A stretch of DNA of 64,000 nt from an uncultured Desulfobacterales bacterium. GTDB taxonomy: Bacteria > Desulfobacterota > Desulfobacteria > Desulfobacterales > C00003060. The stretch covers positions 892 through 64,891 of the forward strand of contig CAYSGJ010000186.1 in the NCBI GenBank assembly GCA_964430705.1. The letters are read 5' to 3'. Both the position numbers and the translations under genes were made by a program. Position 1 is the stretch's first letter. Each line of letters begins with the position of its first letter. A model generated the notes under the pieces. The model was not told the origin of the DNA. It ran no database searches and saw only the letters and a program-made list of their open reading frames with translations. Shown here piece after piece: positions 36,538 to 45,681 of the stretch.

Positions 36538-38397
36538 CTATGAAACAATAACCGCGTTGACTTTACAGACGTCCCGGCACAGTCCGCACTTGATGCATTG
36601 TTCCTGGTCAATGGTGTGGGGCTCTTTCTTTTTGCCCGAGATAGCTTCCTGCGGACACCTCCGGGCGCATTGCATACAGCCGTTGCATGCGTCTTCATCA
36701 ATGGTAAAGGTGATAAGCGCTTTGCACACACCCGCCGGGCACCGGTTTTCTTTTATGTGCGCCTCGTATTCCGCGCCGAAGTATCGAATGGTGGAAAGAA
36801 CGGGGTTGGGTGCCGTGCCTCCCAGAGCGCATAAGGAGGTCTCTTTGATGGCTGCGCCAAGTTCTTCAAGCAGCTCGATACTTCCTTGTTTGCCTCGGCC
36901 TTCGGTGATGTCGGTAAGGATGTCGAGCATTCTGTCGAGCCCCACGCGGCATGGAACACATTTGCCGCACGATTCCTCGGTCAGAAATTTTACGAAATAT
37001 TTGGCCACATCCACCATGCAGGTCGATTCATCCATGACAATCATGCCGCCCGAACCCATGATGGATCCAACCTCTTTGAGCTTGTCAAAATCAACGGGCA
37101 GATCGATCAGGCTCTCAGGGATACAGCCCCCCGAGGGACCTCCCGTTTGAACCGCCTTAAATTTTTTGCCGTTGGGAATTCCTCCTCCAATGTCGTCAAT
37201 GATCTCCCTGAGCGTCATGCCCATCGGCACTTCGACAAGGCCCGTATTGTTTATTTTGCCCACCAGCGAAAATATCTTGGTCCCTTTGCTTCCCTCGGTC
37301 CCGATTCCGGAATACCACCGCGCACCGCGGTTAATGATAACCGGCACATTGGCCCAGGTCTCGACATTGTTGAGCGTGGTGGGTTTTCCGTGCAAGCCGT
37401 TGACGGCTGTGTGAACATGTTTCGACCGGGGTTCGCCGATTTTCCCTTCCAAAGAAGCCATCAGGGCGGTCGATTCGCCGCAGATGAAAGCCCCGCCTCC
37501 CCGGGAGATCTTGATGTTGAACCGGAAACCCGAGCCGAGAATGTTCTCTCCGAGAAGACCCAGTTCGCGGGCCTGATTCAAAGCGATTCCAAGGTTCTTC
37601 ACCGCCAGGGGATACTCGTGGCGCACGTACACATACCCTTCACTGCTCCCGACGGCATAGGCCCCTATGAGCATGCCTTCGATGACGCTGTGCGGATTGC
37701 CCTCCAGCAAGCTCCTGTCCATATACGCGCCCGGGTCGCCCTCATCGGCATTGCAGATAACGTAGCGCGTCCCATTTCTTGACGGGGCGTTCTTGCAGGA
37801 TTCCCATTTTCTGCCCGTCGGAAACCCGCCGCCGCCGCGGCCGCGAAGACCCGATTTCTTTATTTCCTCGACAATTTCCTCCGGTGCCATTTCAAACAAC
37901 GCTTTGACCAAAGCCGAATATCCGCCGATGGCCAGGTAGTCTTCCACGCTGGTCGGATCAATAAGACCATTGCCGCCCAACACCAGTCTTTGCTGCCTTC
38001 GGTAAAAAGGCACTTCGTATTCATGGGTTATCTTCTTGCTGCTTACCGGGTCGGTATACAACAGTCTTTCGATGACATTATTGTCAAGTACCGCCTCCTG
38101 GACTATTTCGGGGACATCTTTTGGTTTGACCCGGACATACATCGTTTCTTCGGGGCGACTTACCACCAGGGTCCCGCACTCGCAGAACCCATGGCAACCG
38201 GTCAGTTTCACATCCATTTTGTCGCCGGCTCCCAGACGTTGCACTTCGTCCTTGAACGCGGTGTATACCTCTTCACACCCGTGTGCCCGGCAGCCGGTTC
38301 CGCCGCAAACGCCTATACAAGGTTTTCCCGACTTATGCTGCGTGGCAAGACGTGCTCTTAGTTTTTCGAGGTGAATTGGAGACTGCAACTTTTTCAT
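36538..38397 (-). CDS. NuoF/HydB-like NAD(H)-binding FMN flavoprotein with an N-terminal thioredoxin-like 2Fe-2S domain and C-terminal 2x[4Fe-4S]
   Basis: 619 aa. Motifs are IGVCGGTGCRAHGC, GLRGRGGGGFPTGRKW, ICNADEGDPGA and ESCGKCVPCR. The C-terminal clusters are CNGCMQCARRCP and CIKCGLCRDVC. Confidence 0.88.
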   Translation of the reverse strand: MKKLQSPIHLEKLRARLATQHKSGKPCIGVCGGTGCRAHGCEEVYTAFKDEVQRLGAGDKMDVKLTGCHGFCECGTLVVSRPEETMYVRVKPKDVPEIVQEAVLDNNVIERLLYTDPVSSKKITHEYEVPFYRRQQRLVLGGNGLIDPTSVEDYLAIGGYSALVKALFEMAPEEIVEEIKKSGLRGRGGGGFPTGRKWESCKNAPSRNGTRYVICNADEGDPGAYMDRSLLEGNPHSVIEGMLIGAYAVGSSEGYVYVRHEYPLAVKNLGIALNQARELGLLGENILGSGFRFNIKISRGGGAFICGESTALMASLEGKIGEPRSKHVHTAVNGLHGKPTTLNNVETWANVPVIINRGARWYSGIGTEGSKGTKIFSLVGKINNTGLVEVPMGMTLREIIDDIGGGIPNGKKFKAVQTGGPSGGCIPESLIDLPVDFDKLKEVGSIMGSGGMIVMDESTCMVDVAKYFVKFLTEESCGKCVPCRVGLDRMLDILTDITEGRGKQGSIELLEELGAAIKETSLCALGGTAPNPVLSTIRYFGAEYEAHIKENRCPAGVCKALITFTIDEDACNGCMQCARRCPQEAISGKKKEPHTIDQEQCIKCGLCRDVCKVNAVIVS

Positions 38398-38905
38398 CTG
38401 TTTTGCGCCTCGGGGATTCCTCGTATTTAGCCATTAACCTCTCGGCTTTACCCACATTCATATTTGCATTGTACTGGCCGTCCACAACCACGATCGGGCC
38501 CAGAGCGCATGCCCCCAGGCAGTTGACGCTCTCGAGTGTAAACTGCATGTCCGGCGTCGTTTCACCGGCCGCTATACCCAAACGCCTTTCCATTGCCTCC
38601 AGGACCCGGGGCGCCCCTCGGACGTGGCAGGCCGTACCAAGACAAACGCTGCACAGATGTTCACCCCGCGGCGTCAGGCTGAACGCCTTGAAAAATGTCG
38701 CCACGCCGTAGACCTGAATCAGCGGCAGCCTCACACTGTCGGCGACTTGCCTGATGGCTTGTTCGGGGAGGTAGTGATATTCCGATTGCACATCTTGAAG
38801 TATCGAGATCAGTGAATCAGGGTTTCCACCGTAACTCCTGATAATATCCTCTACAGGATCGACAACGTTTTCTACGGCTCTTGCCGCTTGCATAACCCGC
38901 CCCAT
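38333..38905 (-). CDS. NuoE/HydC-like 2Fe-2S thioredoxin-fold subunit
   Basis: The start is chosen at MGRVMQAARAV after an AAGGGAGA RBS. Motifs are SILQDVQSEYHYLP, CLGTACHVRG and NCLGACALGP. Its 3' end overlaps the next gene by 65 nt. Confidence 0.8.
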   Translation of the reverse strand: MGRVMQAARAVENVVDPVEDIIRSYGGNPDSLISILQDVQSEYHYLPEQAIRQVADSVRLPLIQVYGVATFFKAFSLTPRGEHLCSVCLGTACHVRGAPRVLEAMERRLGIAAGETTPDMQFTLESVNCLGACALGPIVVVDGQYNANMNVGKAERLMAKYEESPRRKTDEKVAVSNSPRKTKSTSCHAA

Positions 38906-39084
38906 TTCCCATCTCCCTTGCCGATACGGCCGAAAATGTCTGCCCGATTGGTTCGCATTGCTCGAAGATCCCCCCGGCGTTTTGCCGGGCCGCAAGCATG
39001 CCGATCGATTGCTCTGAACCGATGCCCCCGCGTTCATCACGCCAAGCGCTTACGGCAAGGAGCAATCAAGGCCGTTTTACGACA

Positions 39085-39396
39085 TCAGCGATCCTTGCCT
39101 TCGCAAAGCCTTCTGACGTAGTCCAGGTTATGCCGGAGCATCCACATTCTTTCCAAAAACTCCGGCCAACCGCACCGCGGCGTGAAACCGTCTTTAACCT
39201 CAGGCGACACCAAAACCCCGTGCGTCACGGAGCCTTGCAACTCATTCCATATGTCTGCCCATGTATCGAGAGCATCCTGTAGAACCGATCCCGTTACATT
39301 CCGAAAATGCAGGAGCTTTTCTTCGGGCAGCATTCCCTTGTAGCGTTGTTGCTCTCCTTCACCTGTACGTGAAATGACCCTGAATTCTCTGGGCAT
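39085..39396 (-). CDS. Small uncharacterised protein, tandem paralog B (103 aa)
   Basis: MPREFRV...LLHFRNVTGSVLQDALDTWADIWNEL...CGWPEFLERMWMLRHNLDYVRRLCEG. The start has an AAGGGGA RBS. It is paralogous to the upstream ORF. Confidence 0.6.
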   Translation of the reverse strand: MPREFRVISRTGEGEQQRYKGMLPEEKLLHFRNVTGSVLQDALDTWADIWNELQGSVTHGVLVSPEVKDGFTPRCGWPEFLERMWMLRHNLDYVRRLCEGKDR

Positions 39397-39424
39397 CGTT
39401 GCATCCCCTTTTCCCAAGGTGTCG

Positions 39425-39742
39425 TCAAAAAGAGCCGTCGCAAAGCCTCTTGGTGTAGTCTATGTAATGCCTGAGCAGATCCAGCTTTTTCCTGAGCTCC
39501 GGCCAGCCGCAAGCCGGAAGTCGGGCTTGGGGCTCCTCAACCCCTTCAAGTATGTCTTCACATGTCCGGGGATCTTTGCAGACCTCCCAAATCTCTTCCC
39601 AGAGTATGAACGCGTCACTCAGCACGCCGGCTGCCACGCCTCGAAAATGTCTCATCTTCGCGTTCGTGCGTTCAATCTCCCTTTTGATGGCGTCGTCGGG
39701 GCTATTTTCAGTCTTTGCCACGGCCCCGGTTGCTTCTTGCAT
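39425..39742 (-). CDS. Small uncharacterised protein, tandem paralog A (105 aa)
   Basis: ...KMRHFRGVAAGVLSDAFILWEEIWEV...CGWPELRKKLDLLRHYIDYTKRLCDG. It is the first ORF downstream of the sigma-54 promoter. Confidence 0.6.
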   Translation of the reverse strand: MQEATGAVAKTENSPDDAIKREIERTNAKMRHFRGVAAGVLSDAFILWEEIWEVCKDPRTCEDILEGVEEPQARLPACGWPELRKKLDLLRHYIDYTKRLCDGSF

Positions 39743-39856
39743 TTTTCATAGCCCTTTCTTTGGCGATGAGTCGGGTACTTGGAAACACGTCGAGAGGCTT
39801 CCGCAGAACCGTTTCGGTAGCCGAACCACAAACATTTTCACAAATTCAGGCTTCAG

Positions 39857-39873
39857 AGCAAGGCGTATGCCAG
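39857..39873 (-). promoter_or_regulatory. Sigma-54 (-24/-12) promoter
   Basis: The reverse complement reads CC-TGGCAT-ACGCC-TTGCT, with canonical GG/GC spacing. It is about 115 nt upstream of the ATG at 39742. Confidence 0.7.
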
Positions 39874-39968
39874 GTGTGGGGCCGCGCTAAAACAACAGGC
39901 TAACTGCCTGTAATTAAACGCACAAATGGATCCGGCCGTCGAATGGTTTCATTGGCGAGACAATTGGT

Positions 39969-39986
39969 TGTGGTGCTCAAACACCA
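39969..39986. promoter_or_regulatory. Inverted repeat, possible enhancer-binding-protein site
   Basis: GTGGTG-ctcaaa-CACCAC lies about 100 bp upstream of the sigma-54 promoter and next to the NtrC-family gene. Confidence 0.3.
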
Positions 39987-40104
39987 CCCGGAACGGGGGT
40001 TTCATATGCACGAACCGCCGCAAACGTGAATGACCATGCGGGACGGCGAAGCTGTTCAGATTTTGATCAGCACTGTTGCTTTTCAAACAACGACGGGAAG
40101 GTTT

Positions 40105-41550
40105 CTATGGGGAATCCGGATCTATATGGTATTTTTTTTTCCTGTGTCTCAATGTATTGCGGCTGATTCCAAGCATTTTGGCGGCCCTTACCTGGTTGTT
40201 GCCGCATTCCTCAAGAGCCCTTGATATCAACATTTCCTCGACCACTTCTATAACATTGGCGTGCACGCTTTCATTGGAAAACCGCAAGATGTGGGTAACA
40301 AGTTCCGCCAGTTTGTCCTTGAGCTTATCAGGGAGCTGTTCGCGGCCGTCGGTTTCCCGTACTTTATGGGGGTCTCCCTCGAGCTTGACATGCTCATCGA
40401 GAATCACATCCCCCGCGGATAAGAGGACCGCCCGTCTCACGCAGTTTTTTAATTCCCGGACATTTCCCGGCCAGGAATGGGACTGGAGTTTATGCACCGC
40501 GCTATCCGCGACATAGCGAACAGGCTTGTTATAATCTTTGCTGAATCGCCCCACAAAGTAGTCCAGAAGCGCGGGGATATCTTCAAGGCGCTCTCTGAGC
40601 GGAGGCAGTTGGATAGAAATAATCTTCAGTCTCCAGTAAAGGTCTTCTCTGAACTTGCCTTCTTTCACGGCTTTTTCCAGGTTCTTGTTGGTAGCCGCGA
40701 TGGTCCTCGTATCGACCTTTATCGTCTCGGTTCCTCCCAGTCTTTCGAGCTCTCCTTCCTGCAGCACACGCAACACTTTGGCCTGGGTCGGCAAGGACAT
40801 ATCTCCGATTTCATCAAAGAAGATTGTTCCTCCGTTACATCGTTCCAGCTTGCCGATGTGAGTATGCTCCGCTCCCGTAAAAGCGCCGCGTTCATATCCA
40901 AAAAGCTCGCTTTCGAACAAGGTATCCGGTATAGCCGCGCAGTTGACGGTAAGAAACGGTTTGTCTTTTCTGTGGCTGTGGTGATAGATGGCGCCTGCGA
41001 CGAGTTCTTTGCCCGTTCCGCTTTCACCGGTAATGAGAACGGTGACATCTTTACCCGCTATCTGCCCTATGAGCTTGTAAACCTCCTGCATTTTTCTATG
41101 GTTGCCGATGATCTCAACCATCCCTTTTAATTCGGTTGGCGAGACCTTGATGAGTTCACTGGGAAAGCTGACCACTTCTTTCATCAGACGATTGACTTCA
41201 AGGGCATCAACAACGACACGGCTTAATTCCGCCCTGTCGAACGGCTTCAGCAGGTAATCATAAGCACCGCGCTTCATGGCCTCGATTGCCGTCTCCGTGG
41301 TGCCGTATGCCGTCATAACAATGACAGGTGTTTTAATCTGAAGTTTTCTAATTTCCTTTAAGGTGTCAAGTCCGCTTAGTCCCGGCATCTTGTAATCAAG
41401 CAGTATCAAATCAAACTGCGCTTCAGCCAGCATGTCGAGTCCGGATGAGGCATCGGTACAAGCGACGACGTCATAGCTTTGCTTAGAGAAGAAGCGACTG
41501 AGAAAGTGAATCAAGCCCTCATCATCATCCACTATCAATATCTTTTCCAT
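40105..41550 (-). CDS. Sigma-54-dependent response regulator (REC-AAA+-Fis HTH, NtrC family)
   Basis: MEKILIVDDDEGL...; Walker A GESGTGKE; GAFTGA loop; C-terminal NQVRAAKMLGISRNTLRHRKKKY. Confidence 0.9.
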   Translation of the reverse strand: MEKILIVDDDEGLIHFLSRFFSKQSYDVVACTDASSGLDMLAEAQFDLILLDYKMPGLSGLDTLKEIRKLQIKTPVIVMTAYGTTETAIEAMKRGAYDYLLKPFDRAELSRVVVDALEVNRLMKEVVSFPSELIKVSPTELKGMVEIIGNHRKMQEVYKLIGQIAGKDVTVLITGESGTGKELVAGAIYHHSHRKDKPFLTVNCAAIPDTLFESELFGYERGAFTGAEHTHIGKLERCNGGTIFFDEIGDMSLPTQAKVLRVLQEGELERLGGTETIKVDTRTIAATNKNLEKAVKEGKFREDLYWRLKIISIQLPPLRERLEDIPALLDYFVGRFSKDYNKPVRYVADSAVHKLQSHSWPGNVRELKNCVRRAVLLSAGDVILDEHVKLEGDPHKVRETDGREQLPDKLKDKLAELVTHILRFSNESVHANVIEVVEEMLISRALEECGNNQVRAAKMLGISRNTLRHRKKKYHIDPDSP

Positions 41551-41554
41551 GCCC

Positions 41555-43402
41555 CTAAATTCCTTGCGCAGCAATAGATGGAAGAAAAACCGAAAAAGTG
41601 GTGCCTTCACCTTCAGCGCTTTGAACCTTTACGGCGCCTCCATGACGGCCGACGGTGCTTTGCACAATGGACAGCCCAAGCCCGCTACCGGAGGCCTTGG
41701 TAGTAAAAAACGGATCAAAAAGCTTTGAGATGTTTTCCGTTTTTATGCCCGGTCCCGTGTCGCAAACATCTATCCGCACACACGCGCGCAGCTTACCGTC
41801 CCTTTCGCATCGGTCCGGCATTGCGGAAACTATGAGCCTCCCATGGCTCGTCATTGCTTCCAGTGCATTTACCATCAAGTTCAACAACACGTCTCCGAGT
41901 TGCTTTTTGTCCCCTCTTATTTTAGGCAGGTTGTCATCCACCATCACCTGCAAGGCAACCTGCTGATGATTCGCTTTCGGCTTTACGAGCAACAAGGCGT
42001 CTTCAATCAGTTGCGCTGTGTCGATCGTGGAAAATATGGGTTCTTGAGGTCTTGCATAGTCAAGAAAGCGGTTGATGGTGGTCTCTATACGCTTCACCTG
42101 GTGCATGGCAATGTGAAAGTCTTCTTGATACTCCGGCGAAATTTCTATCTCCCCGCGCACCGATTCCAAGAACAGTTTCAGAGAGGTAAGAGGCGTCCTT
42201 ATCTCGTGGGTAACACCGGCGGCCAGGCGCCCCAGCGCTGCAAGCTGTTCTGAACGCGCAGCGGCCAATTCCGTTTTTTTCAGTTTTACATCCGTTTGTC
42301 TCAGTTCCTCCTGGGTCAAGTCCGCCTTTTCTTTAAGGCCGATCTGCCTTTCCTGAAGCCGGTTCGCCATATGCTGAAAAGCATGATACAAGGACCCGAT
42401 TTCATCGGTGCGATCGGTTTTGACTGCCGCCGCCTGGAATTCGCCTCCGGCCAGGGCGTTGGCGGCCTCGCTTAAAGTTCGAATAGGCTGAGCGATATAA
42501 AAAGACAGGAGTAATGCGACAACCATCGCCCCACACGCTGAAAACGCCAATACCAGATAGACGTATCGCTTCAGACCATCCGCGCTCCTAAATGCTTCGT
42601 CTCTATCCTGCTCCACCACAAGGTACCAATCCGTGTCGGCAACCCTTCGGGAAGCACCCAAAACCTCTATCCCCCTATAATCGTCATATATTTTCCCGTG
42701 GTCCGGGCTGCCGAATATTTTCTTGAAACTTCCCGACTGTGCGATGTTTTCCGTCAATATCCGCCGCGGTTCCTTGTGGGCTAAAAATGTCCCGCTGCCA
42801 TTGACCAAATAGCACTCTCCGGTTTGGCCAAGCTGTACGCGCAGGATAATCGACAAGATGGTTCGGGTGCCCACGGCAGCGCACACCACGCCCTTGACTG
42901 TGCCGGCATCCCCGACCACGGGGGCCGAAACCCGAAAAACAGATTGTTTGCTGTCGGGATTAAAGAAGATGGGCGATAGATATGGTTTGCCGGCCATCGT
43001 TTCTTCATACCATGGTTCTTCCGTATTATGAACGTGACCACCCCAGGAGTCGACAACAACCGCTCCCTCACTGGATATCACGACAAACCCCTCATAGACG
43101 CCATATTTTTCTTGCACTAATTTCAGGTACGGGGTGATTTGTTCAGCGTCCATCTGTTTGAGGATGGATGAGCCGGCAACCACCTGGAGATCTCCCCGCC
43201 GCTCCGAAAGCCACCTTTCCAACAGTGCCGCCTTGTCGGTAGCCACGTTTTCAAGTTCATTGGACACCATGTTCGTAATGATGTCTTCAGCGGTTTTTAT
43301 GGAAAAAGCGCCGACGATTCCGAGCGGTATTAAGGCCACCAGAAGAAAAAGAATCCCCACTTTGATCTGCAAATTATTGACAAGGAAAGGAATCTTGCCC
43401 AT
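41555..43402 (-). CDS. Sensor histidine kinase (periplasmic Cache-like domain, HAMP, HisKA, HATPase_c)
   Basis: Two TM segments flank a sensor domain of about 260 aa. The H-box is AAGVTHEIRTPL. The N/G boxes are LLNLMVNALEAM and DTGPGI...GSGLGLS. Confidence 0.88.
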   Translation of the reverse strand: MGKIPFLVNNLQIKVGILFLLVALIPLGIVGAFSIKTAEDIITNMVSNELENVATDKAALLERWLSERRGDLQVVAGSSILKQMDAEQITPYLKLVQEKYGVYEGFVVISSEGAVVVDSWGGHVHNTEEPWYEETMAGKPYLSPIFFNPDSKQSVFRVSAPVVGDAGTVKGVVCAAVGTRTILSIILRVQLGQTGECYLVNGSGTFLAHKEPRRILTENIAQSGSFKKIFGSPDHGKIYDDYRGIEVLGASRRVADTDWYLVVEQDRDEAFRSADGLKRYVYLVLAFSACGAMVVALLLSFYIAQPIRTLSEAANALAGGEFQAAAVKTDRTDEIGSLYHAFQHMANRLQERQIGLKEKADLTQEELRQTDVKLKKTELAAARSEQLAALGRLAAGVTHEIRTPLTSLKLFLESVRGEIEISPEYQEDFHIAMHQVKRIETTINRFLDYARPQEPIFSTIDTAQLIEDALLLVKPKANHQQVALQVMVDDNLPKIRGDKKQLGDVLLNLMVNALEAMTSHGRLIVSAMPDRCERDGKLRACVRIDVCDTGPGIKTENISKLFDPFFTTKASGSGLGLSIVQSTVGRHGGAVKVQSAEGEGTTFSVFLPSIAAQGI

Positions 43403-43802
43403 GAATCCATCCTATCTTCCCAAGCAACACCAAATAGATAAAATTACACCAACGCTCTGATTCATGTCAACGCTCAACGGGCTCCCAGATCCACCGGCTG
43501 CCAAGTTTGCCGGAAATGCTGTAATCAAAAAAACAGACTCGTTCTTCGTTTTTCCGGCGGTGGATTTGGGGACTGCCGGATCCGGGAACTTATGTGGGAA
43601 GGCCGGCCTTAAAGTCCGGTTCGCTTTTTTAATCACGGAACGGCATGGATGGAGGCAAAAGTTGTTGGCCAAAAGAGCGCCGGGGGCCGCCATGGCGCGC
43701 TCCAGGGATGCTTATGGACACATGGCCTTGGAAATGATCAACGCATTCATGGACATCGGTTCGGTTTTTTGGGTTGAATAAGGGTTTTCGATTTGCAACC
43801 CG

Positions 43803-45101
43803 CTATGTTGTCGTTATCCACAGCAAGCGAGCTACATCAGGGCCCGGATTTGTCCAACCTTCAGGCGCTTCGGTTCGCAGATAAACGACATCGCCCATCT
43901 TGACGGAATGCCTGACATTCTTGATTTCAACCTCCAATTCGCCCTGCAACAGATAGCCCATTTCTTCTCCTTTGTGGGCCAGGAAGTGGTCGGTGAGTCG
44001 TTCTCCCGGAGGTATTTCAATAATATAGGATTCGATTTTTCCCTCCAGGTCCTGAGGGGTTAGCTGTCGTCCCTCCAGATTGGCTCTTGGAAGGCCGGCA
44101 AAGGTCAGGGGAGTACCCCCGTGATCGGGGAACACAAAGCGGCCCTCGGAGTCGCCAACACCGCGAAAGAGAAATCCCATGTTGACCCCAAGAATCTCGG
44201 CCATTTTCATCAACGCCGGCACCGAAGGATAGATCGTATTGGTTTCAACCTGCGAAATAGTGCTAGGGGTAACCCCTACCAGTTTGGCCAGTTCGCTCTG
44301 CGACATGCCCCGCTTGGTCCGCAATGTCTTGATTCGGAGCCCCAGGTTCAGTTGCCCTTTTGCTTCCCGCCCGGTTCCAAAACGAATGTCGTCATCCTTG
44401 ACCCAGTATTGATGAGGCCTATCGATTTCTCCGGTCCCTCGTTTTTCAGCTTTCAGAATGGTCAGTGACGTGGTGCCTCGTTTAATGGAAAGGTCGATGG
44501 CAACCTGGGCGATCTGGTTGATTCGCGCCTTCAATTGCCGAGAGTGGGCGAGCTTTTCTATGATCCAATAGGCGACTGTTTCCAATTCATATAAACGGGG
44601 GCATGAGTGGGTATAGAACTTCTGAACGGCCTCGTCGCCGCCCCAGACTTCCTGCATGCCCGTAACACTTTCGAAAATGAGTCCCACGTTTCCCGTCAGG
44701 CGGGCATGCAGATCGTAAAGGACCTCACTTACGTGGTCCGGCAAGTGGGGCTTTTCAATGAGCTCGATATTGAAACCCCTCAATTTTTCGGATTCGTCAT
44801 AGAACTTCATGAACACGGAACTGCATTTACCCTTGCCGCAGGTAAAGCCATCGAGAATCCAAAGATGTTCGCTCTGTGCAAGGACTCCCAATTTATCGAG
44901 GAGATTTTTGGGCGAGCGGTCAAAGCTGACATAAATGACGGGCAGCCCCGACGCCAGGGAGTGCCTGAGAAAACTAAGACAAAACGGTGATGCCAGATTA
45001 CCGGAGTCATCGTACCAAACCACGTTGTCTCCAATAAAAAGGCCCTCAAGCAGGCTGTCCAGGCTTGGTATACCCGAGCTGAATCGCGTCTTTGTCGTCA
45101 C
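43803..45101 (-). CDS. Degenerate KaiC/RecA-like domain + XRE HTH + cupin regulator
   Basis: The N-terminus has GIPSLDSLLEGLFIGDNVVWYDDSGNLASPF, KaiC-like but without a GxxGxGKT P-loop. The middle has RGMSQSELAKLVGVTPSTISQVETN. The C-terminal cupin has GEEMGYLLQGELEVEI...GDVVYL. Confidence 0.75.
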   Translation of the reverse strand: MTTKTRFSSGIPSLDSLLEGLFIGDNVVWYDDSGNLASPFCLSFLRHSLASGLPVIYVSFDRSPKNLLDKLGVLAQSEHLWILDGFTCGKGKCSSVFMKFYDESEKLRGFNIELIEKPHLPDHVSEVLYDLHARLTGNVGLIFESVTGMQEVWGGDEAVQKFYTHSCPRLYELETVAYWIIEKLAHSRQLKARINQIAQVAIDLSIKRGTTSLTILKAEKRGTGEIDRPHQYWVKDDDIRFGTGREAKGQLNLGLRIKTLRTKRGMSQSELAKLVGVTPSTISQVETNTIYPSVPALMKMAEILGVNMGFLFRGVGDSEGRFVFPDHGGTPLTFAGLPRANLEGRQLTPQDLEGKIESYIIEIPPGERLTDHFLAHKGEEMGYLLQGELEVEIKNVRHSVKMGDVVYLRTEAPEGWTNPGPDVARLLWITTT

Positions 45102-45681
45102 GGGGTTGTCTCCTTGGCAACAAAGCCGTTTGCATTTGCCTGTTGCCGGCGAAAAATCTATTTCAGATCAGTCGGTTTTGGTCATTTAATATTGTTTGCG
45201 GCTTACGCCTTGAGAACATCACGGATTTTTATGCCGGGTAAGTTGAATTCGTCCCTCTCTTCGGGGCTTCCTGATACCACCCGATTCGCGGATAAGAAAT
45301 TAATTAATCATATCAGAGGCGTCGGCAGTGTCAACTTCGGTCTTTTTTCGGTATTTCAAATTGTTAAAGGAGCAATCATTGGGAGGAAACAGAAAACGGA
45401 TTGCAGGTTCACGCGATTGTATCTCGGGAAAAAGACGGGGCGAAAAGGTCGTATTGGTTGGAAGGGCGGCGATCCTGGCCGCCGGCATACCATCCAAGCC
45501 CGACACGTAGTAAGCGCTACTGGATATCCAAGAGATGCGGTCGGATGGCGATCAGTTCTACGGCAAGTATTCGACGCCTGTTCTTCCAAACCGGCCTCAT
45601 CTTGAATACGGCAGTGGAGGCGGCCAAGCTTCATTGTAATCCGTATAAGCCCAGTGGCAGCAGTCCCGTGATCCGGACCAC

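Noticed and set aside
34999-37150. Plus-strand ORFs 34999..36078 (359 aa) and 35855..37150 (431 aa)
   Set aside because: They lie antisense to the GltB-like, Fe-S and NuoF-like genes. They are low-complexity Ser/Pro/Arg-rich and lack an RBS, so they are shadow ORFs.
45114-45605. 163-aa plus-strand ORF upstream of the XRE-cupin gene
   Set aside because: No RBS and Arg/Gly/Ser-rich low-complexity sequence with no recognisable motif. The region is more likely regulatory and non-coding.
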